18,461 nt of DNA from Myxococcota bacterium. GTDB taxonomy: Bacteria; Myxococcota; SpSt-1050. The position numbers and the translations under genes are program-made. The notes beneath the pieces were generated by a model. It was not told the origin of the DNA, searched no databases, and saw nothing but the letters and a program-made list of their open reading frames with translations. The stretch covers positions 1-18,461 of the forward strand of contig JBMFOP010000063.1 in the NCBI GenBank assembly GCA_049969675.1. Reading direction: 5' to 3'. Below are positions 7,892 to 14,795 of the stretch, piece by piece; position 1 is the first letter of the stretch, and the number at the start of each line of letters is the position of its first letter.

Positions 7892-9472
7892 TCACTTTTT
7901 ACATTCGTTTCTTAATGTATAATAATAATACCCTAATTCATCCTTCCAGTACTCTTCATCAAAATTCCAGAAATCTACCTGGTCGGCATCTACCTTTGGC
8001 CTCTCTAATGCCTTCTTCTTTATAGTCGCCTTGACACCCGGTTTTCCCTCCTGAGGCTGTTCACCTGATGCCTGCAATAATTTTCTCTGTGCATTTACAG
8101 TCTCAAAATCAATTAATTGAGCCTGATTCAGAAAATCAATCAGTGAATCGTGCAGGTCCACCAACCTAATCTGAATCCATTTACCTACAATCTTGACCAG
8201 CAACTCTCTCTGCTGTCTGATATTCCCTTTTATAAAATTCCCTATTCTGGAGTCCTTAAAAGATGAGATCTTATTTGTCATCTCATTCTCTTTATCAAGT
8301 TCAAGGATGAAATATATGAATTTTTGGAGCCTCGGATTTTTTAAAAGATATTTTCTCAATTCCTGAGGAATCTCTGTCTTCTCAGAAATAGATGTGCTTA
8401 TCATTATATCAAAGAAATACTCTGGTGATCTGGAAGAGTCTGAAATAACCGGCTTGATCTTATCCGGCATCTCCTTATATCTTGAATAGAACTCCTCAAG
8501 AGTCTCTTTAGCCTCATCATAAAGGCAGTTTTCAAAATATACAGTCGCCCTTAATATATAAGTCTCGGGGAAGAATTGCTCTTTATAACCCGGTGCAAGC
8601 AATGTGTGTGTGGCACCAATTGCCCTACCATAGTCCTTTAGTTGATAATATGTCCAGCCCCCTTCAAATACTGCATCGGTCCACTCTGAATCGAACCTCT
8701 CTATCATTTCGTAAAACTTTGCAGACTCCTGATATAGACCCAATTCATAATTATTTCTTGCAATCCCCATAATCGCCATATTCCTGACCTGCAGAAGTTC
8801 CCTATCCACCACGAGATTTGTTCCTTTCACAATCTTACCTTCCTTAAATGGGATAGCCTCGTAGATCTCTTTGAATATTTCATTCGCCTCTTCAATTTTC
8901 TGAGCCCTCACCCTGAGGATCGCCTTGATATAGAGACCTTTATAATAATACTTACTATCCTTCCCTATGACATCAAAAAATTTCTCTGCCTCATTGACCC
9001 TCCCCTTTCTAAAAGAGAGTTCACCAATAAGATAATTGATGTAATTGAGGGTCCCAGAGGGAAGTTTTTGAAAATCTGTTGAATAATATCTCAGTAAAAG
9101 TTCTGGTATAACGAGGTCATCTCTTAATTTTTGAGCGGCATCTGCCAGCCCTTCTACCGCCTTCAGATAAAATGGATGATTTGCACCGGTCTTGAGAATA
9201 CTTGCAAAGAAATAGACAGATGGACCATATAATCCAATCTTTGCAAGAGATGAACCAACAAAATACTCTGCAGCGAGCTGATTTGCCTGATTTGAGTCAT
9301 TCTCATACACATCAAAGAATTTGTATGCCGCAGCAACATAATTACCTGAATTGTAGTCATCAATAATCTTCTTAACAGAGGCAGAGAGTTTGAGCTCCTC
9401 TTCCTTCTTCTGGGCGAATACCACCGATGATATCAGGAGGAAAAAAATAAGAGATAAAGATAACTTCTTCAT
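7892..9472 (-). CDS. gltC: GltC/NfsC periplasmic TPR protein, 526 aa
   Basis: Signal peptide ending VFA; FFPETYILRATVYFENCLYDEA and C-terminal FWNFDEEYWKDELGYYYYTLRNEC are GltC-type motifs; GGGGAGG RBS. Confidence 0.9.
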   Translation of the reverse strand: MKKLSLSLIFFLLISSVVFAQKKEEELKLSASVKKIIDDYNSGNYVAAAYKFFDVYENDSNQANQLAAEYFVGSSLAKIGLYGPSVYFFASILKTGANHPFYLKAVEGLADAAQKLRDDLVIPELLLRYYSTDFQKLPSGTLNYINYLIGELSFRKGRVNEAEKFFDVIGKDSKYYYKGLYIKAILRVRAQKIEEANEIFKEIYEAIPFKEGKIVKGTNLVVDRELLQVRNMAIMGIARNNYELGLYQESAKFYEMIERFDSEWTDAVFEGGWTYYQLKDYGRAIGATHTLLAPGYKEQFFPETYILRATVYFENCLYDEAKETLEEFYSRYKEMPDKIKPVISDSSRSPEYFFDIMISTSISEKTEIPQELRKYLLKNPRLQKFIYFILELDKENEMTNKISSFKDSRIGNFIKGNIRQQRELLVKIVGKWIQIRLVDLHDSLIDFLNQAQLIDFETVNAQRKLLQASGEQPQEGKPGVKATIKKKALERPKVDADQVDFWNFDEEYWKDELGYYYYTLRNECKK

Positions 9473-9490
9473 AATAAAACCTCCCCGCTC

Positions 9491-10219
9491 TTAAAAGAGG
9501 AGTGACAGATACGCCATTGTAAGCACCAATCTGTGTTGTGCAGAGTTAGAGATGGCATCCACCGGCCTACCCTTGGCAACTTCAGCATCAAGCCACTCCT
9601 TATCAGCATCTACAGAATACCCAAAATATCTCCCTTCAATCTTGAAATCCACATACCTATTCTTCTTCTCTCCAAATCTAAAAAGATGTGTCTGCACACC
9701 TCCGGCAAATGTATATACTGGCTTTGTCCCATAACTCTTCTCTGAATTGTTTGTATAGTTGTCAACTATAATATTTGCCACACCGCCACCACCGCTTAAA
9801 TAGATGTGATAATTGAATGATATCTCTGAAAATAGACTGAACTTGCCATATATGGGATATAATATTATCTCCCCACCGGTGAGCCACTTTGTCCTTGTCC
9901 TCTCGGGCTCATCTGCGCTCAGACTCTGTTTCCTGAGCTCTTTTGAGAGACTTGTCTCAGAGCTCTTTGTATAAAGGAAGAAACCGCCCAGAGATAAGAA
10001 GTCAAACGGATGAAATATCAACTCCCCGCCGGCTGGTATTGCCTGTGTATATCTATCCGCTATTGAGATACCACCCCCAGCACTCAATTCAAGTTTCATA
10101 GCCATCGGATATGCCTTCTTCTGGAGTACCCGAATACTCTCATTTTCACTCCCAGAGGCAATTGTTGAGATCATCATTATTATTAAGAGAATAAGGACGG
10201 CGGAATAGAACCTTTTCAT
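9491..10219 (-). CDS. GltA/GltB (NfsA/B)-family outer-membrane beta-barrel protein, 242 aa
   Basis: Signal peptide; IRVLQKKAYPMAMKLELS...ISIADRY and LYPIYGKFSLF match the myxobacterial OMP family; terminal Phe (YLSLLF); directly before gltC; AGGAGG RBS. Cannot tell A from B by eye. Confidence 0.85.
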   Translation of the reverse strand: MKRFYSAVLILLIIMMISTIASGSENESIRVLQKKAYPMAMKLELSAGGGISIADRYTQAIPAGGELIFHPFDFLSLGGFFLYTKSSETSLSKELRKQSLSADEPERTRTKWLTGGEIILYPIYGKFSLFSEISFNYHIYLSGGGGVANIIVDNYTNNSEKSYGTKPVYTFAGGVQTHLFRFGEKKNRYVDFKIEGRYFGYSVDADKEWLDAEVAKGRPVDAISNSAQHRLVLTMAYLSLLF

Positions 10220-10252
10220 ATCTTCCTCCTAAAGGAATTGTTATGAATCTGC

Positions 10253-10287
10253 TAAATAACATATTTGTAAAAATCAAGTCAATAAAA
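10253..10287 (-). promoter_or_regulatory. Putative promoter of the glt operon
   Basis: TTGACT -35-like box, then TGtTATTTA extended -10-like element (imperfect), in the 101-bp rplC-OMP gap; same architecture at 13071-13104. Confidence 0.4.
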
Positions 10288-10320
10288 TTCAGATATCCAA
10301 ACACAAATAATTCTGTTTGA

Positions 10321-10983
10321 TTACTTATGTTTGTGTTTTACTAACTTTTTGACAGATTTTCTGATTTCAATAAGTTCACCGGCTGGCCCCGGTACCGCCC
10401 CCTCAACATATATGAGATTATTCTTCGGGTCAACCTTGTATACCCTGAGATGTTGAATGGTAACCTGCTCATTACCATAATGACCTGCCATCTTCTTCCC
10501 CTTCATCACCCTGCCAGGCCATTCCCTGTTTCCGATGGAGCCCGGATGTCTTCTATAGAAATGCGTTCCTCTCGTCATCGGGAATCCGGCAAAATTCCAT
10601 CTCTTCATTACACCAGCAAAACCTCTCCCTTTGGTCCTGCCGGTCACATCTACAAAATCACCCTTTGTAAAGATCGCCTCTGCCCTTACCTCCATTCCAA
10701 TCTGATAGGTATCAAGCGCCTCTCTATCCACTCTAAACTCCCTCAGATATCTGTGTGGAGCCACATTCTGCTTTTTAAAGTAGCCCTCAAGTGGTTTTGT
10801 GAGGTTCTTTGGCTTTTCAATCTCATAGCCGAGCTGTATGGCCGCATAGCCATCTTTGTTGAGATCTCTCTTGTTTACAACTGTACAGGGGCCAGCAACA
10901 ATTACTGTTACATTGTGTGCATTCCCATACTCATCAAAAAGAGTGGTCATTCCAGCCTTCTTACCTAAAATACCTGATAACAT
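10321..10983 (-). CDS. rplC: 50S ribosomal protein L3 (uL3), 220 aa
   Basis: [70 protein letters not shown]; full length; AAGGAGG RBS. Confidence 0.98.
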   Translation of the reverse strand: MLSGILGKKAGMTTLFDEYGNAHNVTVIVAGPCTVVNKRDLNKDGYAAIQLGYEIEKPKNLTKPLEGYFKKQNVAPHRYLREFRVDREALDTYQIGMEVRAEAIFTKGDFVDVTGRTKGRGFAGVMKRWNFAGFPMTRGTHFYRRHPGSIGNREWPGRVMKGKKMAGHYGNEQVTIQHLRVYKVDPKNNLIYVEGAVPGPAGELIEIRKSVKKLVKHKHK

Positions 10984-10998
10984 CGCTTCCTCCTTATG

Positions 10999-12315
10999 TT
11001 ATCTATTGAAATTTTTAATAAATTCTGTGCCCGCAAATATCGCCTGCCCCCTCAACTCCTCTTCAATCCTTATAAGTTGATTATATTTAGATAGCCTCTC
11101 TGAACGGGAGAGAGAGCCGGCCTTTATCATCCCACACCCCACCGCAACTGTGAAGTCTGCAATGAATGAATCCTCTGTCTCACCAGATCTATGAGATACA
11201 ACTGCTGTATATCCAGCCCGTCTGGCAAGATTAATTGTATCAATGGTCTCACTAATTGAGCCAATCTGATTGAGTTTTATCAGAATGGAGTTTGCAACCC
11301 CCTTATGGATACCCTCTCTCAGCCTATTGATATTTGTGACAAAGAGGTCATCACCAATGAGTTGAATCCTGCCCCCGAGTCTATCCGTCATTATCTTCCA
11401 TCCATCCCAGTCATCCTCAGCCATACCATCTTCAATAGAGACGATGGGGAACTCATCCACAAGTTTTGTATAGAATTCAACTAATTCATAAGGACTCATA
11501 TCCTTCCCCTCTGTCTTCATCTCATAGACCTTCATCTCATCATTATAAAATTCACTTGCAGCAGGGTCAAGGGCAAGAAATACATCTCTGCCGGGTTTAA
11601 GTCCAGCCTGTTCAATCGCCAGAACAATCAGAGATAGTGTCTCTCTCGTATTATTTACTTTGGGTGAGAAACCACCCTCATCTCCCACTGCAATGCCGAG
11701 CCCTCTGGATTTGAGAATGGATTTAAGCGAATGAAATACCTCTGAACCATATCTCAACGCCTCTGCAAAGCTACTTGCTCCAGCAGGGACTATCATAAAC
11801 TCCTGAATCTCCAGCGGATTATCCCCATGTTTACCACCGTTGAGAATATTCATAAATGGGGCTGGCAAAATAAAGCTATTTACACCGCCGAGGTATCTAT
11901 AAAGAGGAATTCCAAGTGCAAACGCCGCCGCCCTCGCCGTTGCCATTGAGACAGATAATATTGCATTTGCACCCATCTTTGATTTATTTGGAGTACCATC
12001 ATATTCAATCATCAACCTATCAATCTCTCTCTGTTCAGTGGCTGGAATCTTTTTGGGTATAATAACAGCACTCGCCATCATCCCTACATTTTCAACCGCC
12101 TTTCTAACTCCCTTCCCTATATATCTCGTCTTATCTCCGTCCCTCAGTTCAAGTGCCTCGTGTACCCCTGTTGATGCACCAGATGGGACAGCAGCCCGTC
12201 CTATTACTCCGCACTCAAGAATTACATCTGTCTCAATGGTCGGAAACCCTCTTGAATCCAGAATCTCTCTTGCCCTTATCTCCACAATTCTCAAATCCCT
12301 ATCATTTCTAAACAT
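10999..12315 (-). CDS. eno: Enolase (phosphopyruvate hydratase), 438 aa
   Basis: [84 protein letters not shown]. Confidence 0.99.
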   Translation of the reverse strand: MFRNDRDLRIVEIRAREILDSRGFPTIETDVILECGVIGRAAVPSGASTGVHEALELRDGDKTRYIGKGVRKAVENVGMMASAVIIPKKIPATEQREIDRLMIEYDGTPNKSKMGANAILSVSMATARAAAFALGIPLYRYLGGVNSFILPAPFMNILNGGKHGDNPLEIQEFMIVPAGASSFAEALRYGSEVFHSLKSILKSRGLGIAVGDEGGFSPKVNNTRETLSLIVLAIEQAGLKPGRDVFLALDPAASEFYNDEMKVYEMKTEGKDMSPYELVEFYTKLVDEFPIVSIEDGMAEDDWDGWKIMTDRLGGRIQLIGDDLFVTNINRLREGIHKGVANSILIKLNQIGSISETIDTINLARRAGYTAVVSHRSGETEDSFIADFTVAVGCGMIKAGSLSRSERLSKYNQLIRIEEELRGQAIFAGTEFIKNFNR

Positions 12316-12336
12316 TAAAGACCTCCTTTCATCTAA

Positions 12337-13011
12337 TTACTTTTTCAGAGAGTGAACCGGTGCAAGCTCAAAACCTGCAATCTGCCATTTATCTGCCGAC
12401 TTCTTTAAGTGGATGAGATACTTTACATCTCCCGTTATGCTGGTTGAGGGGTACCAATCCCGTCGGGAGAGGAGAATATCTGCCATATCATTCCCCTTTG
12501 GCATCACATCCAGAACAGTAAAACTCTCTACACTCATCCCCGACCTTCTATCCTTTACTGATACAGAATTCAAGAACTTTTCATCCACCTTCCCTGAGAC
12601 GAAATATGAATCAATCCCTTCATAATCCTCTCTCAACATCTTATCAAAGAGTGGTTTTATACTTTCACCAATACTACTTTTCAGCCTCTCTCTTTCAAAA
12701 TACTCCTTTGCAAACTTTCCTAGTTTTGACTCAGCAAATTTTTCACTGAATGTCTTCATAAGTTCCATATCTTCCTTCTCTATTCTTGAGAACTCCTTTG
12801 TCCTACTCCTGACAATCTCATAAACCCTTTCAGATGCCTTCTCTGCGAACTGTGATGTTGAAAAATTCGTTAAAATATCAATGTAATTATTTATCGCACA
12901 TCTGGAATCACCAAACTTTTCACACCTCTGAGCCTCATCATACCTGCTCTTAGCCTGATCGCAGGAGAAGGAAAACAGAGATAAAATTATCACTAATAAC
13001 AATCTTCTCAT
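12337..13011 (-). CDS. Lipoprotein of unknown function: BamD-like TPR segment plus probable NTF2-like C-terminal domain, 224 aa
   Basis: Start moved from 13113 to ATG 13011: AAGGAGG RBS and lipoprotein signal MRRLLLVIILSLFSFS-C17; AINNYIDILTNFSTSQFAEKA is TPR-like; ends YLIHLKKSADKWQIAGF. Confidence 0.78.
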   Translation of the reverse strand: MRRLLLVIILSLFSFSCDQAKSRYDEAQRCEKFGDSRCAINNYIDILTNFSTSQFAEKASERVYEIVRSRTKEFSRIEKEDMELMKTFSEKFAESKLGKFAKEYFERERLKSSIGESIKPLFDKMLREDYEGIDSYFVSGKVDEKFLNSVSVKDRRSGMSVESFTVLDVMPKGNDMADILLSRRDWYPSTSITGDVKYLIHLKKSADKWQIAGFELAPVHSLKK

Positions 13012-13070
13012 CTTCACCCTCCTTAAAATAGATGCCTCCTTCCCTGCCCTCCCCACAAACCTGGAGTCGG

Positions 13071-13104
13071 TTATTAACATATAACTTTCTAATTGGCAAT
13101 AAAA
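13071..13104 (-). promoter_or_regulatory. Putative promoter of the lipoprotein-eno-rplC unit
   Basis: TTGCCA-17 nt-TAATAA with a TG extension, about 60 nt upstream of ATG 13011. Confidence 0.45.
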
Positions 13105-13452
13105 AGTATTCAAAAGTTAAGAATATTACTTTGAAAACTTATTTAATGATACCTAATCTAAGCCGATTTATAAGATGAAAAAAATCCACCTGTTGAGTTA
13201 ACCTGTTGTGCGCATCTAACAATTAAATCCTTCTGTCAATTTTTTCTCACTCGCTTCATAATAAAACTCGCTACTATGGAAAATTTGTAGAATTTTTATA
13301 AGGATGACCCTCAGACCTATTCATATAAAGCCTCATTTAAAAAGTTCATATTAATATAGGCAGTGACTTTATATTCTTAAGGGCATCCACAATAAAAATT
13401 TATTTTGGGCAGATGGGTCCCTATACAGAATCTTAAGAAGAATTATTTAATT

Positions 13453-14775
13453 TCAATAAAACCAATACAATTCGGACCTGAGTCTTCTATAAGATGAAAT
13501 CTGTTTTATATCTCCATAAGAGAGTGATATCATTATCGTCTGTCTCTCAAAGTCATTTACACCATTTATACCAATCCCACCTTTATCTGGATTTGTGCTA
13601 TTATAAGCAAATGAATAGTCTGCTACCACAGAGAGTTCATTCAGAATCTGATATCCAAACCATAACTGGCTAATAGTAAAATAGTCCTTCCTTTTATAAT
13701 ACTGAAGGTCATCCTCTACATCTGTCAAAAAGATATTATATTCAGCCCTGCTTATAATTCCGAGAGAGACTCTATTTATTCCGTCATAACTTATTGAAAA
13801 ATCGGCTCCAAACATAGAATAGGTGGGGTCTGATTCCACTTCTCTGGTAGAAGGGTTATCCCCGCTTGCAGAGGCATATCCACCATTTAAATCGAGTGCC
13901 ATATCCATCTTCTTAATGGGTGAGTATCTTCCACCCAAACCCAATCCCTGATAAAATGTATCCCTATAATTAAAATCTTTATTAAACTTTCTGCTGGCAA
14001 GCTGATACTGAAAGAAAAGGACAATGGAATCGTTTATTCTGTAATTGAAAGTCAACGGGAGAAATAGACTCTCATATTTAGCAGTTTTATATACAGGTTC
14101 GGAAAAGGGATTTAGATATGGCTCGGGAGAGATGAGCTCCCTATAATATCTCTGGGGCTGATAATAGCCACCGAGATTCAGGGACAATCTCTCTGAGAGA
14201 CCCTGAGCGATACTGGCACCAAAAACACCTCTATTTAGAATATTGTTCTGTAAATAAAATGAGCCTTCACCATAGAGTCTGAGTTCGGCAGGGGATGAGG
14301 AGAGAATAGACTTCTTAAATCCAAGTAGAACAGATGGAGAGACTGCAAAGTCTACATATCCCTTAATCCTGTATGCAGATGTATCATTCATAATACTATT
14401 GGGGTTCCATTCGGGATGACTGAAGCCCACCATCTCCTGAGTAGAAAATTTAAGGACATTGTTATCATAATAGAGTGCCATTTCAGTTTGAATCCAGAAG
14501 CCTTTTTCACTCTCACCAGATTCAGACTTGGCATCTGATTTAACCTTTTTGCTCTCTAATGCCTCTACCTTTGTAGCCTCAATAACCCTATAATCCTGTT
14601 GCGGTGTAGCCTTCTCCTTCTCTTTTACAATCGGCGTAAGTGGGATAAGTGGTGGTAGCTCCTCCTCTTTGGGGGGCTGTGTACCACCCTTCTTCTTATC
14701 AGCAGAGCTCAATGGTAGAGAGATTGTTAGTGCCAGAACAATCACTAAAAATTTTATAAATAAATTTCTTCTCAT
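13453..14775 (-). CDS. Probable outer-membrane beta-barrel protein with Pro/Lys/Glu-rich N-terminal linker, 440 aa
   Basis: Signal peptide ending LSSA; about 65-aa low-complexity linker; YYDNNV first-strand motif; repeated alternating aromatic/Gly strands (RLSLNLGGYY, GLGLGGRY, LSVVADYSFAY); GGAGG RBS. Confidence 0.75.
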   Translation of the reverse strand: MRRNLFIKFLVIVLALTISLPLSSADKKKGGTQPPKEEELPPLIPLTPIVKEKEKATPQQDYRVIEATKVEALESKKVKSDAKSESGESEKGFWIQTEMALYYDNNVLKFSTQEMVGFSHPEWNPNSIMNDTSAYRIKGYVDFAVSPSVLLGFKKSILSSSPAELRLYGEGSFYLQNNILNRGVFGASIAQGLSERLSLNLGGYYQPQRYYRELISPEPYLNPFSEPVYKTAKYESLFLPLTFNYRINDSIVLFFQYQLASRKFNKDFNYRDTFYQGLGLGGRYSPIKKMDMALDLNGGYASASGDNPSTREVESDPTYSMFGADFSISYDGINRVSLGIISRAEYNIFLTDVEDDLQYYKRKDYFTISQLWFGYQILNELSVVADYSFAYNSTNPDKGGIGINGVNDFERQTIMISLSYGDIKQISSYRRLRSELYWFY

Positions 14776-14795
14776 CTAAAAAACCTCCATCAGAA

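Noticed and set aside
10450..11080. Plus-strand ORFs opposite rplC and eno
   Set aside because: Antisense shadows of conserved genes.
13012..13113. Longer lipoprotein start at 13113
   Set aside because: TTG start without RBS; AAGGAGG and the signal peptide support 13011.
13182..13391. oriC suggested by ATCCAC motifs in AT-rich DNA
   Set aside because: Only two weak DnaA-box matches (7/9 or less) and no dnaA context.
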